Source of the DNA: an uncultured Rickettsiales bacterium
GTDB taxonomy: Bacteria; Pseudomonadota; Alphaproteobacteria; Micavibrionales; GCA-2720935
Assembly (NCBI GenBank): GCA_950054255.1
Contig: CATLOR010000003.1
Location: forward strand, 121,816 to 185,815
DNA length: 64,000 nucleotides
Reading direction: 5' to 3'
The notes under the pieces are model-generated. The model was not told the origin of the DNA. It ran no database searches and was given only the letters and a program-made list of their open reading frames with translations. Position 1 is the first letter of the stretch. Every line of letters starts with the position of its first letter. The position numbers were made by a program, and so were the translations under genes. Of this stretch, positions 1 to 10,376 are shown one piece after another.

Positions 1-251
1 TTACCAAAGACATGAGCCCATTCTAAAAATTCATCGGCTTCGATCATGGCTTTAAATTCTTCTTCTGTTTTAAAGAAATAATCAACACCTTCTTCTTCGC
101 CAGGGCGCATAGGACGTGTTGTTGCAGAAATCGATAAAGAAATACGAGGATCCTTACTTAAAACACTTCGACATATTGTTGTTTTACCAGCCCCCGATGG
201 AGATGATAAAATAAGCATAAATCCGCGTCTATTAAGTGATTTAAAATCCAT
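1..251 (-). CDS. gmk: Guanylate kinase, N-terminal part (gene runs off the left window edge)
   Basis: Absent from the ORF track because there is no stop in the window. My reverse-complement translation from the ATG at 251-249 gives MDFKSLNRRGFMLILSSPSGAGKTTICRSVL..ISATTRPMRPGEEEGVDYFF..EFLEWAHVFG. This shows a P-loop plus the SATTRxxRxGExxGxDYxF guanylate kinase signature. Confidence 0.85.
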   Translation of the reverse strand, partial: MDFKSLNRRGFMLILSSPSGAGKTTICRSVLSKDPRISLSISATTRPMRPGEEEGVDYFFKTEEEFKAMIEADEFLEWAHVFG

Positions 252-322
252 AAGAAAACCCTCTATATTGTTTCAAATGTTATAAATTTTATTCTTTCAC
301 AAATCAAGAAAAAGCTCTGCAC

Positions 323-562
323 TCATTTTTGTATCAAATGGATAATAATATGATCATGCTCTATGCATTCCAAATAGGTTACATTTTGCTCTGTACATAA
401 CAGAGGAATATCTTTTTTCGTTTTTGGATCTGTTGCCTCAACCGCCAAAACATCACCAACAGCAATTTCATTTAAAGCTTTACGGGCACGAAGTGCGGGT
501 ATAGGACATAAAAAGCCTTTTACATCTATCAAAAGTTTTGGTTTAGAAAAGTTAGATAACAT
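323..562 (-). CDS. TusA/SirA-family sulfur-carrier protein
   Basis: 79 aa. Contains the GFLCPIPALRARKAL motif (CPxP active-site cysteine) typical of the TusA family. Confidence 0.7.
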   Translation of the reverse strand: MLSNFSKPKLLIDVKGFLCPIPALRARKALNEIAVGDVLAVEATDPKTKKDIPLLCTEQNVTYLECIEHDHIIIHLIQK

Positions 563-1514
563 GCTGATCTTTAAATTGAATTTCTAAAGTTTCAACAACT
601 TCATCGACTGATAGCTCTTCCAAGTCATCACGCCTAATATGTTTCGCATGTGCTCCAATTGGTCGTGATTTAATAGGGTCTGAATCAATCGAAAAAAGCG
701 TCAATGTTGGACATCCAGAAAGCGCCAAGACATGTGTTGGCCCCGTATCATTTCCAACAGCAAAGGCTGAATGACGTCCCAATGTTGCCAAATCATAAAA
801 ACTTGTTTGCCCAATCAAATTAATCACCTCAGGAACAGCCTCTTGTAACTTCTCTCCAATAACAAGCTCTGCGGGGCCACCAACTAAAACAGGCGTAATC
901 CCTTTCTTTAACAAATATTTGGCCAAGCCAGCATAATGTTCTGCGGGCCATTTTTTTAAAGGACGTGTTGGCGCACAACCTGGCACCAAAACGGCATAAT
1001 GTTGTGGCAAATCAAAAAGCTCTATCGCACCTTTCATCCAATGAATATCTGGCAAGCCAACATCTTCGATACCTGCTACGCGCAAGATTTTCTTACCACG
1101 TTCATAGGCGTGAATATCTTTTTTGCGCTCATCAGGGGTATAAAAATCGCAAAAGCGCGCAGTCCCTGCCCATTCTGGAACACCCCTTCCTTTAAAAATA
1201 CAAGGGATTGCCCACATCACATAATAATATAGCGCCGTCCTTGTATTAGCTTGTAAATCATAGACACGGTCAAATGCTTGCTCTTTTAAAATATCACGCC
1301 AAGACAACACAGCTTTTAAGTCTTTTAATTTTGGACGTTCATCAATAATGATCGCATCAAAATACCCCGATGTTTCAGCTAAGTCTTTAAAGCTTTTCGT
1401 TGTAATTAAAGTAATATGATCCTCTTTATGGTGCTCTCTGATCGCTTTAAAATAGCCCATAGCCATCATAAAGTCACCAAAAGCACTCAACTTAATAACA
1501 CCAATCTTCTTCAT
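552..1514 (-). CDS. Glycosyltransferase family 9 (heptosyltransferase-like)
   Basis: GT9-like motifs LSAFGDFMMA and GNDTGPTHV. I prefer the start at M14 (MKKIGVIKL), which forms a TAATG stop/start junction with the upstream GT4 gene at 1514. The track ORF extends to 1553. Confidence 0.7.
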   Translation of the reverse strand: MKKIGVIKLSAFGDFMMAMGYFKAIREHHKEDHITLITTKSFKDLAETSGYFDAIIIDERPKLKDLKAVLSWRDILKEQAFDRVYDLQANTRTALYYYVMWAIPCIFKGRGVPEWAGTARFCDFYTPDERKKDIHAYERGKKILRVAGIEDVGLPDIHWMKGAIELFDLPQHYAVLVPGCAPTRPLKKWPAEHYAGLAKYLLKKGITPVLVGGPAELVIGEKLQEAVPEVINLIGQTSFYDLATLGRHSAFAVGNDTGPTHVLALSGCPTLTLFSIDSDPIKSRPIGAHAKHIRRDDLEELSVDEVVETLEIQFKDQHVI

Positions 1515-2650
1515 TACAACAACTCCTGATATGTACTTAAAACAACGTGACACATGTGTTCAACTGTGAAGTTATTGGCAACATGTGACATTGATGCTGT
1601 CGCTAAATAAGCGCGTTCCGCATTTGTCAAAGAAAGCGCTTGTTCAAGAGCCAAAACCAATTCATCAACATTGCCAGCTTCAACCAGCCAGCCAGTTTCA
1701 CCAGGTTTAATTGTTTCACCTGTTGCCCCATGGCTTGTTGCGATTGTTGCACGCCCCATTGCTTGCGCCTCAACAGGAACACGCCCAAAGCCTTCTGGCA
1801 CCATACTCGCACATACAGTCACCGTTGATAGCATATAAGCCGTTGGCATATCCTTACAGTGATTAACAATGCGCACACGCCCTGTCAGACCTTTTTCCTC
1901 AATTGTTTGATAGAGCTCTTCAACATACGCTTTGCGCCCTTGGTCTGAACCAACAAAGACACAAATAACATCTTCTCTTTTTAATTTGGCCATTGCGTCT
2001 ATTAAAAAATGATGTCCTTTAATACGAGATATTCTAGCTGGCATTAAGATAACGCTTGCTCCATCAGGAATACGCCATTCTTGAGCCAAACCAATCATGC
2101 GCTCAGGCGTTACAAGATTGGGATGGAATTTATTTAAATCAATGCCACGAAACGCCAATCGAATACGCGACTCATGAAGGCCGTAATTCTCTTTTAAATA
2201 ACCTGAAATAAAATTCGAGATCGAGATCACACGCTCGCCTTTAGCCATGATAGCGTTATAGCGCTTTTTCCACGCATTATCATACTTATAAGCCGCATGA
2301 CATGTCGTTACAAAAGGAATTCCTTCTGCCTTTGCTGCAAAATAACAACTCCACGCTGGTGCACGAGAGCGTGCATGAATAATATCAACTCGATGATCAC
2401 GAATAATTTTACGCAGACGCGCAACATTACGCCATAACGTCAGTGGATTCTTAGAATGTACCGGCAATGAGATATGATGCGTGCCACGTCGTGTAACTTC
2501 ATGAACACGGTTCCCTCCATTAGAAACCAAAATAGACTGCCAGCCTGCATCAATAATTGCATGAGCGACATCAATACAGCTTTGTTCCGCACCTCCAGCC
2601 CCTAACTCCGGAATAACTTGTAATATGGTTGGGATATTATTTTTTTTCAT
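1514..2650 (-). CDS. Glycosyltransferase family 4 (GT-B, group 1)
   Basis: 378 aa. C-terminal EGFGRVPVEAQAMGR motif (E-x7-E type) typical of group 1 glycosyltransferases. Confidence 0.7.
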   Translation of the reverse strand: MKKNNIPTILQVIPELGAGGAEQSCIDVAHAIIDAGWQSILVSNGGNRVHEVTRRGTHHISLPVHSKNPLTLWRNVARLRKIIRDHRVDIIHARSRAPAWSCYFAAKAEGIPFVTTCHAAYKYDNAWKKRYNAIMAKGERVISISNFISGYLKENYGLHESRIRLAFRGIDLNKFHPNLVTPERMIGLAQEWRIPDGASVILMPARISRIKGHHFLIDAMAKLKREDVICVFVGSDQGRKAYVEELYQTIEEKGLTGRVRIVNHCKDMPTAYMLSTVTVCASMVPEGFGRVPVEAQAMGRATIATSHGATGETIKPGETGWLVEAGNVDELVLALEQALSLTNAERAYLATASMSHVANNFTVEHMCHVVLSTYQELL

Positions 2651-2721
2651 TGACTTAACCTGAGTGACGCCCTAGCTTTTTATAAAGTAACAGTCACAAA
2701 CATAGAAGAAAAGACATCAAA

Positions 2722-3480
2722 ATGCCAGATTTTTTCACAAGTCATGACGGAACAAAACTTGCTTACGAGAAGCTTGAAGCGGTAGAAGGTAATACGCAAC
2801 CAGGCATTATCTTTTTATGCGGTTATCGTTCAGATATGAACGGATCAAAAGCAATGTATTTAAGAGAGCTTGCACATACCCAAGGCCGTGCTTTTATTCG
2901 CTTTGATTACTTCGCACACGGTGATAGCGAAGGTGATTTCTTAAATGGCACAATTTCTCATTGGAAAAAAGATGTCCTTCACATGATTGATCACCTAGCA
3001 GATCCAGATAGGCAACATGTGATTATTGGGTCCTCTATGGGAGGATGGCTTGCCCTGCTCGCAACATTAGAACGCCCTGAGCGCATTCATGGCTTAATCG
3101 GTATCGCCGCGGCACCTGATTTCACAGATAAACTCATGTATGCAAAAATGAATGAGGAACAGAAAAAAACACTTGAAGAGCAAGGCTATATCGAAGAGCC
3201 AACAGAATATAGTGACGAGCCTTATATTATCACAAAAAAATTAATTGAAGATGGCGCAGAGCATCTCTTACTTGATAAAGAATGTGAAATCACAGCTCAA
3301 GTCCACCTATTACAAGGAAAGAATGATCCTGACGTCCCTCATGAATGGGCCGAAAAAATCAAAAAAGCGCTTATAAAAACGGATACACATATCACTTATA
3401 TTGATGATGGTGACCACCGCCTATCACGTCCTCAAGATTTAATTGTCTTGCAAGAACTCATCGCTCATGTAAGTGAATAA
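2722..3480 (+). CDS. Alpha/beta-fold hydrolase
   Basis: 252 aa. Nucleophile elbow GSSMGG, with C-terminal DDGDH supplying a probable acid/His. Confidence 0.6.
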   Translation: MPDFFTSHDGTKLAYEKLEAVEGNTQPGIIFLCGYRSDMNGSKAMYLRELAHTQGRAFIRFDYFAHGDSEGDFLNGTISHWKKDVLHMIDHLADPDRQHVIIGSSMGGWLALLATLERPERIHGLIGIAAAPDFTDKLMYAKMNEEQKKTLEEQGYIEEPTEYSDEPYIITKKLIEDGAEHLLLDKECEITAQVHLLQGKNDPDVPHEWAEKIKKALIKTDTHITYIDDGDHRLSRPQDLIVLQELIAHVSE

Positions 3481-3482
3481 TT

Positions 3483-4346
3483 ATGCTGTGGGGATTATTT
3501 GCATTAGCCGCTGGCCTTACTTATTGTGGACAAGCTGAGATTAATAAACATTACAAATTATGTGGTTTTCAATTAAATACTGTAAGATCTCTATTTGCTT
3601 TTCTTTTTTTGATACCACTTATCCCTTTTATGGAATGGCCCTCTTACTATGAGTATTACATTGCTGTATTATTGGAAGCTTCTATAAGCGTTGTCTGTAT
3701 GATGGCTCAATACAATCTAGCAGCGAAGAGAAATGGTCGCATCGCATGCCTACATCAGCCAATCGCAATTGTGGTTACTTTTATCTTATGGCTTGGCTGG
3801 GATAATAGTCAACTGACTTTTCTGATGAATAACAAAGACAATTTAGGCGCTATATTAATTGGGTTTCTTGTCTTCATTGTAAGCATTCAATTTATGCGCA
3901 AGAATGATGCTGGATGGAGTGCTTTATTAAGCGTACTACCAATTGCTGTTTTATATTCAATTATGTCTGTCATTAGTAAAATAGCCCTAGAGCACGGAGA
4001 ATCATTATTACAAATCTCATTAAATTTTGTCTTTTTGTGCAATTTATTCATGTTTTTACTCTCTTTACCTGTATATCAAAAGAAAAAAGAAGCAATTTTA
4101 AATAAGAAAACCTTATACATAGGTTCTTTTTACATTTCTTTTTTCCACACTGTTTCTTGGATTTTATGTTGTATCGCAATCATATTAACTCCAAACCCCG
4201 CATATGTTGCTGTTATTACAGGTTTAGCACCAATATGGTTTATGATTTACTATAAATTGAAAAACATTCCTGATGATTCAAGTCCAGTCGCTGGCCTCTT
4301 TATGTCGATTGCCGCCATCATCGTGTTATTAGCCACAAACAACTAA
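3483..4346 (+). CDS. Polytopic inner-membrane protein (possibly DMT/EamA-like), function unknown
   Basis: 287 aa, almost entirely hydrophobic segments (about 8-10 TM by eye). Starts 3 nt after the hydrolase gene. Confidence 0.4.
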   Translation: MLWGLFALAAGLTYCGQAEINKHYKLCGFQLNTVRSLFAFLFLIPLIPFMEWPSYYEYYIAVLLEASISVVCMMAQYNLAAKRNGRIACLHQPIAIVVTFILWLGWDNSQLTFLMNNKDNLGAILIGFLVFIVSIQFMRKNDAGWSALLSVLPIAVLYSIMSVISKIALEHGESLLQISLNFVFLCNLFMFLLSLPVYQKKKEAILNKKTLYIGSFYISFFHTVSWILCCIAIILTPNPAYVAVITGLAPIWFMIYYKLKNIPDDSSPVAGLFMSIAAIIVLLATNN

Positions 4347-4348
4347 AC

Positions 4349-5185
4349 TTACAAGTTTTCCGCTAAGATATGAGCATGGCTTGAGATTAGACAATCAGCA
4401 CCCCATTGTTGTAAACGTTTAGCATGAAGCTGTGAATCGCTTGTAATAACAGCCAACGGCTTCTCATAGTCAACGAGCGTATTCGCTGTTTCTTCTGATA
4501 AAAGACGGTCTTCGATAATCAACGCTCCCACATTAATTGATGTGATAACTTCTTCCATATCTTGGAACTTCTGCTCTGCATGAATTTCGGTTAACACATA
4601 AGCTTTTTGAACCGTATTCATGATCTCTGTTGCCGTTGCTAAGACCACAGGTGATGAGCTTGCAACTACCAGTGGCGGACAATCCTCATCCCAAATACGA
4701 GATAGCTCATCCAAGATCGTGCCGACCGTTTCTGTTTCACCATCACTTTCGCTCTCTATACGTATGATAAGTCCCTTATTTGTTTCGAGCACGAAATCAA
4801 GGAAACCTTCAAAAGGTAAACGAGCAGGCATCGCGTCATCTTCCGCATCAGCAATACCTTCATTACCTAAAACCATTTCACCATCAATATCCAGTGAAGC
4901 CGTCACATAACACCATGGAACATCATCAAAATCTTTAAAAGCATTAAACAAAGCAGGACTATGTGCCGGTTCTACGCCGTCAAGGGACGCATCCAGAATA
5001 AATTCTGGTAACTCAATATATTGAGGTTCTGCTGCACCTTCTAGATTTTGCTTTTCATAGTGATAATGAAAAGGATAGTTAATCGATTGATCTTGATTCT
5101 CATGCGAATGGCCATCCTCATGAGAATGGCCACCACCGCAAGAACCATGATCGTGATCCCCAGAATTATCAGAGTGATCTGTCAT
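4349..5185 (-). CDS. Hypothetical acidic protein with His-rich N-terminus
   Basis: 278 aa. N-terminus is MTDHSDNSGDHDHGSCGGGHSHEDGHSHEN, followed by a strongly acidic body. I recognised no family. Confidence 0.3.
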   Translation of the reverse strand: MTDHSDNSGDHDHGSCGGGHSHEDGHSHENQDQSINYPFHYHYEKQNLEGAAEPQYIELPEFILDASLDGVEPAHSPALFNAFKDFDDVPWCYVTASLDIDGEMVLGNEGIADAEDDAMPARLPFEGFLDFVLETNKGLIIRIESESDGETETVGTILDELSRIWDEDCPPLVVASSSPVVLATATEIMNTVQKAYVLTEIHAEQKFQDMEEVITSINVGALIIEDRLLSEETANTLVDYEKPLAVITSDSQLHAKRLQQWGADCLISSHAHILAENL

Positions 5186-5208
5186 TGGTTTATTTCCTTG
5201 TTAATGTT

Positions 5209-7353
5209 TTAAGCAGATTCTTTTTCTGCTTTGTTCTTTTTACGCTCATCTTCCAAGATCTCACCTGTATCTTGGTCAACTAAACGCATTGTTAGTTTGA
5301 ATTTACCACGCTGGTCAACTTCCATAAGAAGAACTTTAACCATATCGCCTTCTTTTAGGTAATCATTCACATCTTGAACACGTTCATTCACAATTTCAGA
5401 AACATGCACAAGACCATCATTTTTACCCATGAAGTTTACAAACGCACCAAAGTCCATAATTTTCACAACTTTACCTTCGTAAACTGTGCCAACTTCTGGA
5501 TCATCAGCAATGCTTTTCACCCAATCAACAGCCGCTTGAACAGCTGCTTTATCAACAGCAGAAACACGAACAGAGCCATCATCTTCGATGTCAATCTTCG
5601 CACCTGTTGTTTCAATGATTTCACGGATAACTTTACCGCCAGTACCAATAACTTCGCGGATTTTATCTGTTGGGATCATCAATTGTTGCATTGTTGGTGC
5701 AAAATCACTTACGCCATCACGCGATGTGTCAATTGCTTTTGCCATCTCACCCAAGATATGAATACGGCCATCTTTCGCTTGATCAAGAGCCACTTCCATA
5801 ATTTCTTTTGTGATTGATGTGATTTTAATGTCCATTTGAAGCGCTGTGATACCTTCTTTTGTACCAGCAACTTTAAAGTCCATATCCCCTAAATGATCTT
5901 CATCACCTAAGATATCTGTTAAAACAGCGAAGTCATCGCCTTCCTTAATAAGACCCATCGCAATACCAGCTACAGGCTTTTTCAAAGGAACACCAGCATC
6001 CATCAAGGCCATTGATGTACCACAGACAGTTGCCATCGAAGAAGAACCATTAGATTCTAAGATCTCAGACACAACACGTAATGTGTATGGGAATTCTTCT
6101 TTTGTTGGTAAGATTGGATGGATCGCACGCCATGCTAATTTACCGTGACCAATTTCACGACGTCCTGGCGAGCCCATACGACCACATTCACCAACTGAGA
6201 ATGGAGGGAAGTTATAATGCAGAAGAAAGTTTTCTTTATACTCACCATCTAAAGCATCAATAATCTGCTCATCTTCACCAGTACCAAGTGTTGTAACAAC
6301 TAAGCCTTGTGTTTCACCACGTGTAAACAAAGCAGAGCCGTGTGTACGTGGTAAAATACCAACTTCAGCTGTAATCTGACGAACTGTTTTTGTATCACGT
6401 GCATCAATACGCTTGCCTGTTTTCAAAATATCGCCACGAACGATGTCCGCTTCAAGACCTTTGAAAATATCAGCAACCATTAATGGGTGGATTTCATCAT
6501 CTTCAGCATAAAGCTCAGCAACAGCTTCTTTAGCCGCTTTCAACGCATTGCTGCGTGCTTGCTTTTCAGTAATTGCATAAGCATCACGAATTGCTTTTTC
6601 AGCTGTCGCAATTACTTTTTCTTTTACTTCCTTGTAACGTGCATGCTCTTCTGGGAGTTCCCATGCATCTTTCGCACAGTCTTCAGCCATATCAATGATT
6701 GCATCAATAACTGGCTGGAACCCTTCCCAACCAAACATAACAGCTTCAAGCATTTTATCTTCAGGAAGCTCTTTAGCTTCTGATTCAACCATCAAAACGC
6801 CTTCTTTCGTACCCGCAACAATTAAGTCTAGACTTGATTCAGTCATCTCTTCTTCTGTTGGGTTTAATACGAATTCACCATCAATATAACCAACACGCGC
6901 CGCACCAACTGGCCCCATAAAAGGCATACCAGAAATTGTCAAAGCCGCAGATGCACCAACAAGCGCAACGATATCAGGGTTATTTGTAAAGTCATGTGTT
7001 AGAACTGTTGTAATCACTTGTACTTCATTTTTAAATTCTTTCGGGAAAAGAGGACGGATTGGACGGTCAATCAAACGTGATGTCAATGTCTCTTTTTCAG
7101 AAGGGCGTGCTTCACGCTTGAAAAAACCACCAGGAATTTTACCTGCTGCATATGTTTTTTCTTGGTAGTGAACACCTAATGGGAAGAAATCTTGGCCTTC
7201 TTTCATGCTTTTCGCACCACAGGCTGTGGCTAGAACCATTGTGTCGCCATATGTTACACGTACCGCACCATCTGCTTGACGTGCCATGTGGCCTGTTTCA
7301 AAAGTAAGCTCTCTACCAGCCCACTCAATTGTTTTTGTCGTAATATTAAACAT
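5209..7353 (-). CDS. pnp: Polyribonucleotide nucleotidyltransferase (PNPase)
   Basis: About 714 aa. Canonical MFNxxxKxxxWxGxxLxxETGxxAxQADGAV N-terminus, two RNase PH-like halves, and KH and S1 regions ([15 protein letters not shown]). The start at 7353 has better AGGA spacing than the one at 7359. Confidence 0.95.
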   Translation of the reverse strand: MFNITTKTIEWAGRELTFETGHMARQADGAVRVTYGDTMVLATACGAKSMKEGQDFFPLGVHYQEKTYAAGKIPGGFFKREARPSEKETLTSRLIDRPIRPLFPKEFKNEVQVITTVLTHDFTNNPDIVALVGASAALTISGMPFMGPVGAARVGYIDGEFVLNPTEEEMTESSLDLIVAGTKEGVLMVESEAKELPEDKMLEAVMFGWEGFQPVIDAIIDMAEDCAKDAWELPEEHARYKEVKEKVIATAEKAIRDAYAITEKQARSNALKAAKEAVAELYAEDDEIHPLMVADIFKGLEADIVRGDILKTGKRIDARDTKTVRQITAEVGILPRTHGSALFTRGETQGLVVTTLGTGEDEQIIDALDGEYKENFLLHYNFPPFSVGECGRMGSPGRREIGHGKLAWRAIHPILPTKEEFPYTLRVVSEILESNGSSSMATVCGTSMALMDAGVPLKKPVAGIAMGLIKEGDDFAVLTDILGDEDHLGDMDFKVAGTKEGITALQMDIKITSITKEIMEVALDQAKDGRIHILGEMAKAIDTSRDGVSDFAPTMQQLMIPTDKIREVIGTGGKVIREIIETTGAKIDIEDDGSVRVSAVDKAAVQAAVDWVKSIADDPEVGTVYEGKVVKIMDFGAFVNFMGKNDGLVHVSEIVNERVQDVNDYLKEGDMVKVLLMEVDQRGKFKLTMRLVDQDTGEILEDERKKNKAEKESA

Positions 7354-7490
7354 GTACATTTCCTTTCGTTAACATGCCGAAGCCACCGAATTGTAACTTC
7401 TTGTTATTTTCACCTTTTGGTTACGCCTCCCTTTTTACATTTTTTTACCCAGAAGTCAAAGAAAAGCTTGATTCATCTCGTATTTTTTTT

Positions 7491-8066
7491 ATGATAAAAT
7501 CCATGAGAACAGTTACATTAGTTAGACATGGTGAAACGGCGTATAATCGTAGTAAAATCATCACAGGCCAGCACAATCCGTCTTTAAACCAGACAGGTCG
7601 AGAACAAGCCAAAGCCTTATCTCAACATTTTAATGAAAAAGCGATCACTTTTGATTACGTTTACAGTTCAGATCTAAGACGCGCTTATGAAACAGCTTTA
7701 AGCGCCGTTGAACATCAAGACTTTGTTGCTTTTCAAATGAGTAAGCTTCTCCGTGAAAAAACCTGTGGTATTTATGATGGGAAAAGAAAAGCGGATCTTA
7801 TCAGTGCCATCGAATTAGGAAAACATCGTAACACGCCTGAGTATAAGCTTCCTCGTGGAGAATCTTTTTTATGCGTTGTCGAACGTGCAAAGAAATTTAT
7901 AAATGAAGATCTAAAATCATTGGATAGAAATAAAAAGAATATCTTAATTGTTTCTCACGCTGTCACGACAAGAGCGCTCCTTGTTGCCTTAGGTGAAATG
8001 AGTGTTGAAGAAGCCTTAAATCATAGAATTGATAATGCAACCCCTATCACATTAAAGATTGCGTAA
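7491..8066 (+). CDS. Histidine phosphatase family protein (PGAM-like), paralogue 1
   Basis: RHGETAYN catalytic motif and a C-terminal SHAVTTRAL His motif. The N-terminal 39 codons of the track ORF (from 7374) look like a non-coding extension. Confidence 0.7.
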   Translation: MIKSMRTVTLVRHGETAYNRSKIITGQHNPSLNQTGREQAKALSQHFNEKAITFDYVYSSDLRRAYETALSAVEHQDFVAFQMSKLLREKTCGIYDGKRKADLISAIELGKHRNTPEYKLPRGESFLCVVERAKKFINEDLKSLDRNKKNILIVSHAVTTRALLVALGEMSVEEALNHRIDNATPITLKIA

Positions 8067-8632
8067 TGAAAAAAATAACTTTGGCGCGTCATGGACAAAG
8101 CCTTTATAACGCAGAAAAACGCCTTGCTGGGCAAGCTGATATTGCCTTAACCGATATTGGTATTGACCAAGCAAAAAAACTTAATCGATACATAAAAGAC
8201 AAAGACATGGTATTTGACCATGCGTTCTCATCTGCCTTACAGCGCGCAGAACAAACAGCACGCCTAGCCCTAAATGGACTAAATACAAAACTTCGTTGCA
8301 CACCTTTACTCAATGAGCGTTGCGCGGGTCGTTTAACACACGCCCTTCATGCTGATGTTGCTGCTTCAAGTGATGCTCACATCCTAAACACGATCTATCA
8401 CACACCTGATCTCGCCTTCCCTGAGGGAGAATGTTTTTTAGATGTTTTAAACAGAGCCCAAGAATTTGTTGAGCTTTATATTACACCTTTAAAAGATCGT
8501 TGTTCCATTTTTATTGCTTCTCACGCTATTACAACACAAGGTCTACTCGTTGCTTTAAAGCAAAAAACAATCGAAGAAGCCATGGCCTTAAAAATTGAAA
8601 ATGCGACACCAATTATGTTTGAAATTGATTAA
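8066..8632 (+). CDS. Histidine phosphatase family protein (PGAM-like), paralogue 2
   Basis: RHGQSLYN motif and SHAITTQGL motif. The start abuts the stop of paralogue 1. Confidence 0.7.
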   Translation: MKKITLARHGQSLYNAEKRLAGQADIALTDIGIDQAKKLNRYIKDKDMVFDHAFSSALQRAEQTARLALNGLNTKLRCTPLLNERCAGRLTHALHADVAASSDAHILNTIYHTPDLAFPEGECFLDVLNRAQEFVELYITPLKDRCSIFIASHAITTQGLLVALKQKTIEEAMALKIENATPIMFEID

Positions 8633-8649
8633 CACACAAGGAGAAATAC

Positions 8650-9234
8650 ATGACAAATCTTGTATTAACACGCCACGGCGAAAGCGTTTGGAATAAACAA
8701 AATCTATTCACAGGATTTAAAGATGTCGAGTTAACCGAGCAAGGTATTCTTGAAGCAAAGCAAGCAGGCCTTGAAATCAAAGAAAAGAATATTCGCTTTG
8801 ATGCCGTTTTCACCTCAACTCTTAAACGCGCCTACACAACGGCTGAACTCCTTCTTAAAGAATCTGAGATCAACACTGATCTTGTTACAAAAATGATTAA
8901 GCATGATGATCTACGCGAGCGTGACTACGGTGATTTAACTGGCTTAAATAAGGCAGAAACAGCTGAGAAATACGGCAAAGATCAAGTGCACATCTGGCGT
9001 CGCTCGTACGATGTCCCACCTCCTGGTGGAGAATGTTTAAAAGACGTTGTTGAACGTGTTGAGCCTTATTACAGATCTCAAATCGAGCCTTTACTCAAAG
9101 AGGGAAAAACTATTTTAATTGCCGCTCATGGCAACAGTCTGCGTGCTTTGTTAATTATCTTAGGGATTAGAACACCAGAAGATATCAATGAATTCGAACT
9201 TGCAACAGGAAAGCCTCTTTATTTAGATATTTAA
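8650..9234 (+). CDS. gpmA: 2,3-bisphosphoglycerate-dependent phosphoglycerate mutase, short form
   Basis: RHGESVWNKQNLFTGFKDVELTEQG and WRRSYDVPPPGGE closely follow the dPGM consensus. AAHGNSLRAL provides the second catalytic His. Confidence 0.75.
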   Translation: MTNLVLTRHGESVWNKQNLFTGFKDVELTEQGILEAKQAGLEIKEKNIRFDAVFTSTLKRAYTTAELLLKESEINTDLVTKMIKHDDLRERDYGDLTGLNKAETAEKYGKDQVHIWRRSYDVPPPGGECLKDVVERVEPYYRSQIEPLLKEGKTILIAAHGNSLRALLIILGIRTPEDINEFELATGKPLYLDI

Positions 9235-10296
9235 TTTTGAGGCTTCCACCCCTAAAGATATACGTGGCACTGGTTTCTCATATCCTTTTGTAATCAATGA
9301 TTGATCTGAAAAAAGACCTGTATAAACATCATCCATATTTGATGTAACAACCAAATGTTTGCTCGCAACATTATCTAAAATTTCCATGATTTCTGGCTGA
9401 TAAGAGACATCATACCTTTCTGAAAGCTCTCCCATTACTGAGGCTAAAACACAAAGTGAGTTTTTAGTAATTTGCCCATCAGCAACATAGCGTGCTAATT
9501 CTTCTGCTTCCACCCAATCAAAAGAATCCACTTCGTCATAATCTGGAAAAAAAGGCAGATCCTCTTCTTTTTCAATCTCTACTAACGCAATATGATGCAC
9601 TTCATTTGCAACACTTGTTGTATTTAAATTTAACGTTGGGTTTGTTGTTGCATCTGCGTTAAAGCAAAATCGCACCGCTGGCAGTACATGTAAATTATCT
9701 GCATCAAGAGAATCCAGATCAATTTCAGCTTCTTCCATCGCTTCTTTTTTCATGCTCGTCATAACCGATATTGGTTCATGGTTGTCTGAAAATAAATGAG
9801 CCCCACCCCATGTTAAATCATAGAGTTGCTTACCATTTCCACTCGCTTTTTTCGAACGTTTTTGTAATAAAACAGTTTTGGTTTCCTTACAAAAAACCAA
9901 ACCGTAAACAGCATCCGTAGCAACCCCCATATGTCTAGAAAATTCACGCAATGTTCCAACAGACCTGTATTCTGATTTATATTTTTGTTCAGGAAACACT
10001 TTTTGATCAATCATGTAATGCGTAAAACGATCAAGCATCATGCGTCTAGCGTTTGCATTTTCTTTATATGTATCTTTAAAATGAACACTCACGTCATGAC
10101 ATTCAAATGCTTCCTTTCCATTGTGTGAAAAATTAGCATAGAAATCTAAATGCTCTTTAGGAACCCAGCCAACAATCTCGTTTTTTAACATTAACGGCAT
10201 ATGTTCATCCGCTGAAAAGTCGGAAAATCTATCCAATAAAGATTTGAAAATTTTTATTTGTGTTTGATTGATAATATCCATCCCTAAATTATACAT
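9223..10296 (-). CDS. Nudix-like hydrolase with DUF4743-type N-terminal domain (tentative)
   Basis: 357 aa. Degenerate Nudix box WGGAHLFSDNHEPISVMTSMKKEAMEEAEI. The layout before it resembles DUF4743-Nudix proteins. Confidence 0.4.
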   Translation of the reverse strand: MYNLGMDIINQTQIKIFKSLLDRFSDFSADEHMPLMLKNEIVGWVPKEHLDFYANFSHNGKEAFECHDVSVHFKDTYKENANARRMMLDRFTHYMIDQKVFPEQKYKSEYRSVGTLREFSRHMGVATDAVYGLVFCKETKTVLLQKRSKKASGNGKQLYDLTWGGAHLFSDNHEPISVMTSMKKEAMEEAEIDLDSLDADNLHVLPAVRFCFNADATTNPTLNLNTTSVANEVHHIALVEIEKEEDLPFFPDYDEVDSFDWVEAEELARYVADGQITKNSLCVLASVMGELSERYDVSYQPEIMEILDNVASKHLVVTSNMDDVYTGLFSDQSLITKGYEKPVPRISLGVEASKLNI

Positions 10297-10376
10297 AACA
10301 CAAGCACAATGTCAAGACAAGCAAGCAATTATTAAAACCCCTTTACATATTATGAAAAACATATTACTTTATATAA

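Noticed and set aside
965-1232. Plus-strand ORFs (76-77 aa) inside the GT9 gene. Similar short antisense ORFs occur inside pnp, the MCP gene, the usher-like gene, the J-like gene and the RT genes.
   Set aside because: They lie antisense to long ORFs with clear family motifs, have low-complexity or biased composition, and lack an RBS context.
7374-7490. N-terminal 39 codons of the track ORF 7374-8066.
   Set aside because: The translation (MPKPPNCNFLLFSPFGYASLF..) is unlike the histidine-phosphatase family, whose catalytic RHGET lies near the N-terminus. This stretch is more likely the pnp/phosphatase divergent promoter region.
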